DNA of 64,000 bases. Origin: Bacteroidales bacterium (GTDB lineage: Bacteria; Bacteroidota; Bacteroidia; Bacteroidales; UBA12077). The notes beneath the pieces are model-generated. The model was not told the origin of the DNA. It ran no database searches and worked only from the letters and a program-made list of their open reading frames with translations. How positions within the stretch are numbered: position 1 is the first letter of the stretch; every line of letters starts with the position of its first letter. The stretch spans positions 29,205 to 93,204 of the forward strand of contig JAGXLL010000002.1 in the NCBI GenBank assembly GCA_018334675.1, in the 5' to 3' direction. Of the stretch, positions 9,189-18,166 are shown one piece after another. The position numbers and the translations under genes are program-made.

Positions 9189-11516
9189 ATGCACATCCAA
9201 ATGAAACTGAAACAGAAAATTCAGATCCTTCTGATTTTCATATCTGCCGTCATCTACCTGGTGGCAATAGGTTACATCAGCATCAATGCCCGCCAAAGCT
9301 CCTATGAGGACACCAAAAAGCTGGTGGATTCGAAGGTCAAGAGTTTTGCCAGTCAAATAGAGGGGCAGATGAACCGGAACATGGCGGTTGGAAGAACCCT
9401 GGCGCTGAGCTTCTCCAATTATAACTATATGCCCAAAGACCGGTGGCTTACCTTTGCCAATCGCGTTTATGAGGATGTGTTCCCTGAATACGCGGATTTT
9501 TATAACCTGTGGGACAGCTGGGAGCTGAGCGTGATCGATTCCAGCTGGAGCAAACCCTACGGTCGCATCTCCAATGAACATTTCCGGGACCAGGGCATCA
9601 TCAAATCCAGTCAGTCCAAGAGAAGCCTGGAAGGCGACAATGAACTCTACGCAGGCATTAAAGAGGCCAACAAGGAGCTGGTGTTCCCGTTGTATTTCGA
9701 TCTGTTCGCCGAAGGCAAGTCAGAGCGCAAGCTGATGACCAGCCTGCTGGTTCCCATCCGCCAGGAAGACGGAAGCTATGCAGGTGTTGTAGGCATCGAC
9801 ATCACCATGGACCGCTTCCAGGAGATCCTGAGCAACGTCAACATCCGGGGACTGGAGGGGAGCGAAGCCTTTCTGCTGAGCCACCAATGGAAATATGCGG
9901 CCCATCCGGATACTTCCAACCTGAATGAGAAGATCACAACCAACCCCACTGCCCGGGGAGCATTCAACCTGCATGAGAAGCTGGGGCAGGGCAAAGCTTT
10001 TTCCATCATCCATAACAAAGAGGATCTCGACAAAAAATATGTGAGCTATGTCCCCATTCACATCGGCAAGACGGGCACCCCCTGGTTTCTGGGTATTTCA
10101 GTGCCTTTTGACAGCATCATGCAGGAAGCCGACCGAAGCTTTATCATCTCTCTTATTGTAGGCCTTGTAGGTCTGCTCATCCTCTCCGGGGTGATCTACT
10201 CCATCACCCGGGGCATCACCAACCCCATCGAAAAGATCACCGAAGTGCTCAAACAGCTGGCCCGCGGACGAATCAGCAACAGCATGAAGCTGAACATTAG
10301 AACCGGTGATGAGATTGAAGAAATGGCCCATGCCCTGAACACTTCCATCGACGGATTGAACAAAAAGAATGCGTTCGCCAGCCACCTGGGGCATGGTGAA
10401 CTGGATTACAACTATCAAATGCTGAGCCAGGACGATGAGCTGGGTCAGTCCTTGCTGGAGATGCGCGACAGCCTGAAGAAAGCCCGGGAAGAGGAAGAAA
10501 AAAGGCGGGAAGAAGAGAAGAAAAGGCAGTGGACCAATGAAGGCCTCACACAATTTGCCGACATCCTGCGCCAAAATAACGATGACCTCCACCAACTCAC
10601 CGATGAGTTGATCAAGAAGATGGTGCATTATCTGGAGGCCAATCAGGGTGGCATCTTCCTGATCAACGACCAGGATGAGAACAACCGGCACCTGGAGCTT
10701 TATTCCGCCTTCGCATACGACCGCAAGAAGCATCATGAAAAACGCATCGAAATAGGCGACGGCCTGGTAGGTACCTGTGCCATAGAGGGCCAAACCATCT
10801 ACATGGAGAAGATCCCGCAGGATTACATTGAGATCACCTCCGGCCTGGGCGAGGCCCGCCCCGACAGCCTGATCATCGTGCCCATCAAACTGGAAGAGAC
10901 GGTTTACGGAGTTGTTGAGATTGCCTCATTCCAAACCTTCCAGCAGTACCAGATCGACTTTCTCGAGCGCGTGGCCGAAAGCATTGCCTCCACCATCTCC
11001 TCGGTGAAGGTGAACATGCGGACCCAACAATTGCTAGAGCAATCCGAGCAACAGGCCCAGGAACTCTCTGCCCAGGAAGAGGAGATGCGGCAAAACATGG
11101 AAGAGCTGAAGGCTACACAGGAAGAGGCCGGCCGGCAAAAAACAGAGATGGAAGGACTGGTCAAGGCTTTCCACCGGGCCAATTACGTAGTGGAATACGA
11201 CACCAACGAAAAGATCATGGACATCAATGACCGGTATCTGAACCTGCTGGGTCTGAAACGCCAGGATGTCATCGGCACCCACCATTCATACAAAATGAAA
11301 CTTTCAGACGAACAGAAAAAAGCCTATCAACAGTTCTGGGATGACCTGCGGGCAGGCAAGGTGAAGCAGCAGACCCATGTTGTCGAACACAACGGTCATT
11401 CTTATGTCTTTGCCGAAACCTACACGCCCATCTTAAACGGGGAAGGGCAAGTGGAAAAGATCCTGAAGATCGCCATCGAAGCCAACGAATTCGACCTGAA
11501 ACAACACCTGTGTTGA
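9189..11516 (+). CDS. Membrane sensor: TM-Cache-TM-HAMP-GAF-coiled coil-PAS (paralog 2)
   Basis: Collinear with 6814-9171 (YNLWDSWEL, NEGL.xFADILRQNND, AQEEEMRQNMEELKATQEE). Confidence 0.8.
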   Translation: MHIQMKLKQKIQILLIFISAVIYLVAIGYISINARQSSYEDTKKLVDSKVKSFASQIEGQMNRNMAVGRTLALSFSNYNYMPKDRWLTFANRVYEDVFPEYADFYNLWDSWELSVIDSSWSKPYGRISNEHFRDQGIIKSSQSKRSLEGDNELYAGIKEANKELVFPLYFDLFAEGKSERKLMTSLLVPIRQEDGSYAGVVGIDITMDRFQEILSNVNIRGLEGSEAFLLSHQWKYAAHPDTSNLNEKITTNPTARGAFNLHEKLGQGKAFSIIHNKEDLDKKYVSYVPIHIGKTGTPWFLGISVPFDSIMQEADRSFIISLIVGLVGLLILSGVIYSITRGITNPIEKITEVLKQLARGRISNSMKLNIRTGDEIEEMAHALNTSIDGLNKKNAFASHLGHGELDYNYQMLSQDDELGQSLLEMRDSLKKAREEEEKRREEEKKRQWTNEGLTQFADILRQNNDDLHQLTDELIKKMVHYLEANQGGIFLINDQDENNRHLELYSAFAYDRKKHHEKRIEIGDGLVGTCAIEGQTIYMEKIPQDYIEITSGLGEARPDSLIIVPIKLEETVYGVVEIASFQTFQQYQIDFLERVAESIASTISSVKVNMRTQQLLEQSEQQAQELSAQEEEMRQNMEELKATQEEAGRQKTEMEGLVKAFHRANYVVEYDTNEKIMDINDRYLNLLGLKRQDVIGTHHSYKMKLSDEQKKAYQQFWDDLRAGKVKQQTHVVEHNGHSYVFAETYTPILNGEGQVEKILKIAIEANEFDLKQHLC

Positions 11517-11650
11517 ACTAAGGCTAAGGATGAGGCTAAGGAAGAAGTATTAACTCAGGCTAAGGCGGAGGAAGAAGTGTTGAATTGACAAATTGACAAA
11601 TTGTTGAACGTTGAATGTTGTAACGTTGAACATTCAACGTTCAACATTCT
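11517..11650. repeat. Patch of short tandem repeats with a perfect 18-bp inverted repeat
   Basis: CTAAGG-type hexamers, (AATTGACA)x2, then TGTTGAACGTTGAATGTT (11602-11619) / AACATTCAACGTTCAACA (11629-11646); lies between convergent genes. Confidence 0.8.
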
Positions 11651-11663
11651 AACTGTTTCGGCT

Positions 11664-12875
11664 CTAGCGCTTTTTCTTTCTTCCCTTGGATCTAAAGTTT
11701 CCTTTGCTCCGGGTCTTGCCACTGCCCGGGTTCCAGGCAGGTCCTTCTCCCAGGTCGGGAGGCGGGGGCAGCTTGGTCACTTCCCGGTCGATCAGCCTTT
11801 CAATGCGCAGGAATTTGTCCATGTCGTCCGGGCTGATCATTGTCAGGGCCACACCAGTCGTATCGGCCCGGGCGGTTCGCCCGACCCGGTGTACATAATC
11901 CTCGGCATCTCCGGGAACATCGTAGTTGACCACCAGGTTGATGTCCTTAATATCAATGCCCCGGCTCAACACATCGGTGGCTACCAGAACCCGCGTGTTC
12001 CTGGCCTTGAAGCGATTCATCACCTGGTTGCGCTCGCTCTGTTCCAGGTCGGAGGACATGGCTTCCACTTGATACTTCTCCTTTTTCAGCGCCCTGGAGA
12101 GTTCAGCGACCTTCTTTTTGGTGGAACAGAAAACCAGGATGCTGTGGTATTCAGGTTTGTCCTTGAGGAGATGATGGATCAGCGGGGTCTTTTGGGTTTC
12201 ATAGACCAGGTAGGCTGCCTGCAGCACGCCCTCGGCCGGCTTGGAGACCTCTATGTTCACCTCGGCCGGTTGATTCAATATTTTGTTGGCAAACGAACGT
12301 ATGTTGCCTGGCATCGTCGCGCTGAACATCAGGGTTTGTCGTTTTTCAGGCACGAAAGACACAATCTTCAACAAATCATCCTGAAAGCCGATGTCCAGCA
12401 TCCGGTCGGCTTCATCGAGCACCAAATGCCTGATGTTATTGAAGTTGACATACCCCATCTTCATATGCGAGAGCAGCTTACCCGGGGTAGCCACCACAAC
12501 GGCGGCGCCACTCCTCAGTGCCTGCTTCTGCTGCTCCCAGTCGGAGCCGTCGCCCCCTCCATAAATAACTGCAGGGGTGATGTTGGCCGCGTAACCGACA
12601 CCCATGATCTGTTGTCCAATCTGTATCGCCAGCTCCCGGGTGGGCACGATAATTAAAACCCTTATGCCCTCGCCTTTCTGATTGATCAGGTCATTCAATA
12701 CCGGCAACAAATAGGCAGCTGTCTTCCCCGTTCCTGTCTGGGCACATGCAATCAGATCCCTGCCATCGAGTATCTCCGGAATGGATTGTTCCTGTATGGG
12801 GGTGGTTTCATTAAATCCCAGATACGAGATCGAGTCAAGCAGCTGATCACTCAGCGCAAAATCACTAAATTTCAT
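11664..12875 (-). CDS. DEAD-box RNA helicase
   Basis: TPIQ, AQTGTGKT, PTRELA, DEAD, SAT, HRVGRTAR motifs. Confidence 0.96.
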   Translation of the reverse strand: MKFSDFALSDQLLDSISYLGFNETTPIQEQSIPEILDGRDLIACAQTGTGKTAAYLLPVLNDLINQKGEGIRVLIIVPTRELAIQIGQQIMGVGYAANITPAVIYGGGDGSDWEQQKQALRSGAAVVVATPGKLLSHMKMGYVNFNNIRHLVLDEADRMLDIGFQDDLLKIVSFVPEKRQTLMFSATMPGNIRSFANKILNQPAEVNIEVSKPAEGVLQAAYLVYETQKTPLIHHLLKDKPEYHSILVFCSTKKKVAELSRALKKEKYQVEAMSSDLEQSERNQVMNRFKARNTRVLVATDVLSRGIDIKDINLVVNYDVPGDAEDYVHRVGRTARADTTGVALTMISPDDMDKFLRIERLIDREVTKLPPPPDLGEGPAWNPGSGKTRSKGNFRSKGRKKKR

Positions 12876-12982
12876 AGGATGATCTTCCTTTATTTATATC
12901 AATGAACGGCAAAGATAGAAATTGTTAAGTTTTTATCCCCCATGCCCGGCGATAATTTTTTCAAGATTGGGCTGATGTTCTT

Positions 12983-13594
12983 CTATTTGCGGGCGAGGCG
13001 GTCGAAAATTTCCCTGACACTTTCTGACTGCCAGTTTACCGCTCCCTCTTTTCGAAGGATGATGCGGTTATCGCGGTTTATGATCAGGGAAGTGGGCAGA
13101 GCCGAATAGGCGAAGCTACCGCCTGGCCGCGAGGCAAGCTGATAAACGGGCATGTCGTAGTCATATTGCTTCAGAAAATCCTGCTGTTTACCCATGGGCT
13201 GACTGGATATAAAAAGAAAGTGTATGTCCTGGCCGTATTGCTGATAGAGCTTCTCCAGGGTGGGCATCTCTGCCCGGCATGGAGGACACCACGTGGCCCA
13301 GTAGTTGATGAACAGAGGCTTATCCAGATATTCGCCTATGCGATGCTGTTTCCCCGCTGCATCCTGAAAAAGCACGGTGCTTTTACCCTTCAACTCCTGT
13401 TTCTGCTCGTTCTCCTCCACCGGTGTCAGGTACATCCTTACCCTGGAAGCATAGGTCATCACTTCCTGTCGGGTGGAAGGGATGATCAACATGATCAGCA
13501 AAACCACGAACAGAAGATCAAGCAGTTGGCTGTACCAGCGCTTCTTTTTGAATTTACCATATTCCTTCCGGAACCATCCTTCTATGCGACTCAT
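12983..13594 (-). CDS. TlpA-family membrane-anchored thiol-disulfide oxidoreductase
   Basis: N-terminal TM, NYWATWCPPCRAEMP, LPTS motif. Confidence 0.9.
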   Translation of the reverse strand: MSRIEGWFRKEYGKFKKKRWYSQLLDLLFVVLLIMLIIPSTRQEVMTYASRVRMYLTPVEENEQKQELKGKSTVLFQDAAGKQHRIGEYLDKPLFINYWATWCPPCRAEMPTLEKLYQQYGQDIHFLFISSQPMGKQQDFLKQYDYDMPVYQLASRPGGSFAYSALPTSLIINRDNRIILRKEGAVNWQSESVREIFDRLARK

Positions 13595-13725
13595 ATTTGT
13601 TCTCCTTTACCATGCTGTTATTTGACAATTTTGCTGCTTCATCTGCAAGGAACAGCAAATATTCCCTTTAGGACAATAGGGGTTTGGATTTGTTCAACAT
13701 GGTCCCACCCCGCTTAGCGCAGCCC

Positions 13726-13797
13726 TAAGCGGGCATAAGGGTGGGCATAAAAGCTAAGCGAACATAAGGGGCATAAGGCGGGCATAAGGGGCATCAC
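13726..13797. repeat. Degenerate GGGCATAAG short-repeat cluster
   Basis: About 5 copies of GGGCATAA(G) or variants, plus CTAAGCG x2, in the frr-tlpA intergenic region. Confidence 0.65.
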
Positions 13798-13828
13798 AAA
13801 GCGGGGTTTCATAGCGGGGCCTATCCAC

Positions 13829-13852
13829 AAAAAAAAGGCGGGGATGTCCCGC
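13829..13852 (-). terminator. Probable intrinsic terminator downstream of frr
   Basis: Minus strand reads GGCGGGACATCCCGCC followed by a T run. Confidence 0.65.
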
Positions 13853-13935
13853 CATATAATAAACCCATTCCTCTGATTGACAGGCATCCGATGGCAAGCA
13901 CCGGTGTACCGGGTGCCACCGCACACCAGAAGGGA

Positions 13936-14499
13936 TCAAACCGTCATGATCTCTTCCTCTTTCTGCTTCATCACCTCATCCACCTTTTTGCCGTATTCAT
14001 CGGTGAGCTTCTGCACCTCGTCCTCTGCACGGTCGGTTTCATCTTCAGGTGTGCCCTCATTCTTGAGTTTCTTCAAACTCTCCTTGGCATCACGACGTGC
14101 ATTGCGGATGCTGACCTTGGCATTCTCTCCCTCGCCATGAATCTGCTTCACCAGCTCTTTTCGGCGTTCTTCGGTGAGCGGGGGGATATTGATGCGGAGC
14201 ATATCGCCATGGTTGGAGGGATTCAAACCCAGATTGGAATCCATGATGGCTTTCTCCACTTTGTTGATCACATTTTTATCCCAGGGTTGGATGGTAATGG
14301 TTTTGGCGTCGGGCGTCCCGATGTTGGCCACTTGATAGAGGGGTGTCTGAACCCCGTAATAGTCGACCATCACACCATCAAGGATTCGGGGATTGGCCTT
14401 GCCTGCTCTCACCCGGGCCAGCTCATCGGCAAGGTGCTCGACGGCTTTTTTCATTTTCGATTTGGCTTCTTTGATGACCTTTTCCACTTCTGGATCCAT
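13936..14499 (-). CDS. frr: Ribosome recycling factor
   Basis: RAGKANP, VDYYG, QPWD, PPLTEERRKEL, RNARRD; start placed at ATG 14499. Confidence 0.96.
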   Translation of the reverse strand: MDPEVEKVIKEAKSKMKKAVEHLADELARVRAGKANPRILDGVMVDYYGVQTPLYQVANIGTPDAKTITIQPWDKNVINKVEKAIMDSNLGLNPSNHGDMLRINIPPLTEERRKELVKQIHGEGENAKVSIRNARRDAKESLKKLKNEGTPEDETDRAEDEVQKLTDEYGKKVDEVMKQKEEEIMTV

Positions 14500-14563
14500 A
14501 ATTGGTTGGTTTTGGTTTCTCTGTAGCAAATTTAATAAAAAAATCCATGCCACCCCAACATAT

Positions 14564-15271
14564 TCACTTTACAAGCGTACCAATGTGATCTTCGTGGATG
14601 GCTTTTTTCATTTGCCCCGGCAGGTTGATGTTGAAAACGATAATGGGCAGTTTATTGTCCCGGCACAGGGCAAAAGCTGTCATATCCATCACATTCAGCT
14701 GTTTCTCTATGGCCTCGTTGTAGGTGATGGTATCATAGCGTTCCGCCCCGGCATCTTTTTCCGGATCTGCGGTATATACACCATCCACGCGTGTACCCTT
14801 AAGCAGAACATCGGCATTCAGCTCCAGGGCCCTCAGGGCGGCAGCCGTATCGGTGGTAAAGTAAGGGTTGCCGGTTCCGGCAGCGACAATGTTGACATAA
14901 CCCTGCTCCAGCGATTCAATGGCCTGTTCTTTTACATAATATTCGGCAAAGGGTTCCATCCTGATGGCTGTATACACCCTGGCACGCAATCCAAGCCGCT
15001 CCAGGGCCGATTGCAGGGCCAGGGAATTGATCACCGTGGCGAGCATACCCATCTGATCGCCCTTGACCCGGTCGTAACCGCTGCCAACACCTTCCAGCCC
15101 CCGGAAAATATTCCCACCACCTACCACGATGCCGGGCTGTATGCCATCTTTTACCAAATCACCGATCTCAGAAGCATATCCTTCAATACTGGCATGGTCC
15201 AGGCCGAAAGCCTTCTGCCCCATCAAAGCTTCTCCGCTTAATTTTATTAAAACCCTTTTATACCTTCTCAT
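14564..15271 (-). CDS. pyrH: UMP kinase
   Basis: KLSGEAL, GGGNIFRG, GTGNPYFTTD, DGVYTADP motifs. Confidence 0.97.
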   Translation of the reverse strand: MRRYKRVLIKLSGEALMGQKAFGLDHASIEGYASEIGDLVKDGIQPGIVVGGGNIFRGLEGVGSGYDRVKGDQMGMLATVINSLALQSALERLGLRARVYTAIRMEPFAEYYVKEQAIESLEQGYVNIVAAGTGNPYFTTDTAAALRALELNADVLLKGTRVDGVYTADPEKDAGAERYDTITYNEAIEKQLNVMDMTAFALCRDNKLPIIVFNINLPGQMKKAIHEDHIGTLVK

Positions 15272-15441
15272 ATCTTCTGTTTTTGGCGGTTATATGACTC
15301 AAAAATAAAACATTTTATCCTTTCTGCTCGTATCGGTAATTGATAAATTGAGCAATGCCCTCCATTTTTAACGAATAAATTTGGTTCGACTCTGTAAATT
15401 GATATATTGCGACCGTTTGGGCATCAAAAAAACCCATAAAA

Positions 15442-17169
15442 ATGCACTTCAGACCCGTTCTCATTTTGCTTTTTCTTCTGCTCACCAATCTTTTGTTGGC
15501 ACAGGAGCCTCCCGCGCATCCTCATAAAATGTATCAATCGCCGGAAGGCAAGCTATATGTTAACCGGCACGACCCCATCTATCTTCGCATAGCCGCCTCA
15601 CCCGAAGAGGATACTGCCAGCCACCTGTTGCGAAGCAAGGCCACCGCAAAATATACCAATCCAATGTATTTTGATGCGGAAGGTTATAACACCGTTCGCA
15701 GTCCCTGGAAGGTAGATCCGGAAACGGGAGAATATGCGGAACCCAAGGAAGACGTGATGTTTGTGGTTTACGCCGACAGCAAACCTCCACAAAGCCGGAT
15801 AAAATGGCAATCGGAAGACCTGCTTCGAAAGGAGGGCATCGTATACCTGGGTGAACCCCTTCACCTGAACTTTCAAACCCAGGATGCTCTTTCAGGCACG
15901 GCTTCCATATACTATTCCCTTAACGCAAACCCCTATCAGCCATTTGAGCCTCCGCTGCAGCTTGATCAGGAACAGACTTACCGGTTGAAATATTATGGGG
16001 TGGACCATGTAGGCAATGCCGAAAAGCCCAAGCAGGTCGAAATCATCGTTGACCTGGGGCCCCCTTCCACGGCCATGGAAATTGAAGGTGACCGCTACGA
16101 GAATGTGATCAGTGGGCGCTCCGAAATCGTTCTTCAGGCAAAGGATCAGATCACGGGTGTTGAGCAAACCTGGTATTCCCTGGATGAGGGACAAAGGGAA
16201 CCCTACCGTGTGCCTTTGAAAGCTTCGCAGCTCGGTGAAGGCGAACATACCCTCACATACCATTCGATGGACCGGGTTCACAACAAGGAAAAAAAGAAGG
16301 AATTTCAATTTTACGTCGATAAAACAGCTCCCCGGGTCATGGAGGAGATCACCGGCAACAGCTTTACCGCGGACGGGAAGGAATACTTCTCCGGAAGAAA
16401 CAGACTCAAGTTCATCTCCATGGACAACAAGGCAGGGGTTCAGGAGATCCGTTATTCCATCAATAACGGTGCGTTCAAGGTCTACGATAAACCCGTTGCG
16501 CTGACCGAGTCTGGTAACCTGTCGATTGAAACGGTGGCCATTGACCGGGTCAACAACAAAAAACGATCCCGAAAATTTACCAACCGCTCGCATGTTTCTT
16601 ATGTGGATCTGACCGGACCCGAGTTAAGCCATGAATTTGACGGACCGGTTTTTCGGCACCAGGATTCCACCTTCATCACTCCGGATACCGAAGTCATCCT
16701 GCATGGGAAGGACGGGGAGTCGGGATTCAATAAAATGGAATATGCTGCGGACAGGAGCGAACAGCCCGGTCCTTACAAAGAACCCTTTTCTTTAAAGCAG
16801 GAAGGTGTACACCCTATCCGGTACAGCGGTTATGACAACCTGGATAACCGTTCTACCCGGCAGTTCTCCTGCACGGTGGATGACCAGGGTCCGGAAATAT
16901 ACCACCGGTTCAGCTCGCCTTCCCTCCGAAAGCGTGAGACAGAAGGCAAACGTTATCCGGTTTATCCCTCACATGTTGGGCTTTTCCTCTCTGCCACCGA
17001 TGCCGCCGCAGGACTCGACAGGATCTCTTACACCCTAAATGGCAGCAGCCATACATATAAAAGCATGATAAAAAACCTGACCCCGGGCAGGCTGTATCGT
17101 CTGGAAGTGAAGGCCATTGATAATCTGGGTAATACGCAAACGGAAAGCCTGGATTTCTATATCGATTGA
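15442..17169 (+). CDS. Secreted protein with tandem Ig-like (OmpL47-type) repeats
   Basis: Signal peptide; repeated D..SG...IYYSL / Y..P..L / Y.svD.vgN.E / VD..pP units. Confidence 0.65.
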   Translation: MHFRPVLILLFLLLTNLLLAQEPPAHPHKMYQSPEGKLYVNRHDPIYLRIAASPEEDTASHLLRSKATAKYTNPMYFDAEGYNTVRSPWKVDPETGEYAEPKEDVMFVVYADSKPPQSRIKWQSEDLLRKEGIVYLGEPLHLNFQTQDALSGTASIYYSLNANPYQPFEPPLQLDQEQTYRLKYYGVDHVGNAEKPKQVEIIVDLGPPSTAMEIEGDRYENVISGRSEIVLQAKDQITGVEQTWYSLDEGQREPYRVPLKASQLGEGEHTLTYHSMDRVHNKEKKKEFQFYVDKTAPRVMEEITGNSFTADGKEYFSGRNRLKFISMDNKAGVQEIRYSINNGAFKVYDKPVALTESGNLSIETVAIDRVNNKKRSRKFTNRSHVSYVDLTGPELSHEFDGPVFRHQDSTFITPDTEVILHGKDGESGFNKMEYAADRSEQPGPYKEPFSLKQEGVHPIRYSGYDNLDNRSTRQFSCTVDDQGPEIYHRFSSPSLRKRETEGKRYPVYPSHVGLFLSATDAAAGLDRISYTLNGSSHTYKSMIKNLTPGRLYRLEVKAIDNLGNTQTESLDFYID

Positions 17170-17217
17170 TATCCAGGCTGAAGATTGCCGGAACAAGCAA
17201 ATCACCGCTCTTGTGAA

Positions 17218-18165
17218 CTACCCGGACTGATCGGTATTTTCGCCGGTATCCCTCTTTTGCATCAATGGCAGTTCTTCTCCCCCCAGGTTGTAGGAATGGG
17301 TCTTTATGCCCTTTTTCTTGAATTCCTGTATCAGCCGGGTGCGGATGTCGATCTTGATGTACCAGGCGTCGGTGGGCGATTTGGTCCAGGCGGCCACCCA
17401 GCATTTGATCCCTTCCCTGGCCATCTCCATGATCCAGAACCTGGGCACCCCTTCCCGGGCAAAATGCAGGCTTTTCTGAGCCGCTTCCAGGGCCGCTTCC
17501 TCTACCTGCAATAAATCGGCATCATAGGAAACCCAAAACTCCACATAAGCCCATAAATAACTGTCCTTGAGAGTAAGACTAACGAGCTCCCGGTTCAGCA
17601 TCTGGTTGTTGGGGATGATCAGCCTCTTCCAGTCCCACAATTTGATGATGGTATGGGTGATGGTGATGTCCTCGACCGTTCCGTAGTCTTTATCAAGGTT
17701 TACAGTATCGCCAACCCGGAACTGACGGCTGAAAGTGATGACTACGCCTGCGATCAGATTCTCAAGAAAAGGCCTTGCAGCTATACCGATCACCGCCGCT
17801 ACCGCAGCGGCAAACAGGGATATAAATGTGGCAGAGATGGCTCCAAACAAAGGAATTAAAAGGATCAGCATCCAGATCAACACATATACGATCAGGATGA
17901 TCCGGCGAATGATGGAGAAACGCAGGGAGTAACCTTCCAGGGCTTTCTCTTTCTGCCTTTTGGCATTCTTTATATGTGCCTTTGACTTCACCGCTTCAAA
18001 AAATTTCAGCCGGTCGATGAAACCGGTTCCTCTTTTCTCAAAACTCTTGAGCGTTCGGCGAATAACCTGCAAGAGAATAAACCCGATCACCAGGGTCAGT
18101 ATGAAATGAATGGTCAGATGCGGTGGAAGGCCTATGTTGGAGATGAATCGATCCAGATTTTCCAT
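17218..18165 (-). CDS. MscS-family mechanosensitive channel
   Basis: TM helices, IGIAARPFLENLIAG, FRVGDTV, GTVEDI, IIPN. Confidence 0.9.
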   Translation of the reverse strand: MENLDRFISNIGLPPHLTIHFILTLVIGFILLQVIRRTLKSFEKRGTGFIDRLKFFEAVKSKAHIKNAKRQKEKALEGYSLRFSIIRRIILIVYVLIWMLILLIPLFGAISATFISLFAAAVAAVIGIAARPFLENLIAGVVITFSRQFRVGDTVNLDKDYGTVEDITITHTIIKLWDWKRLIIPNNQMLNRELVSLTLKDSYLWAYVEFWVSYDADLLQVEEAALEAAQKSLHFAREGVPRFWIMEMAREGIKCWVAAWTKSPTDAWYIKIDIRTRLIQEFKKKGIKTHSYNLGGEELPLMQKRDTGENTDQSG

Positions 18166-18166
18166 A

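Noticed and set aside
6814-11516. Methyl-accepting chemotaxis proteins or histidine kinases
   Set aside because: No LLALNAAIEAARAG hairpin and no H/N/G boxes
11601-12656. Long antisense ORFs (also 21277-22614, 14393-15241, 23717-24565 and others)
   Set aside because: Shadow frames opposite well-supported genes, with no family motifs
11517-13830. CRISPR array in the short-repeat patches
   Set aside because: Units are 6-9 nt, irregular, with no unique 30-40 nt spacers and no cas genes
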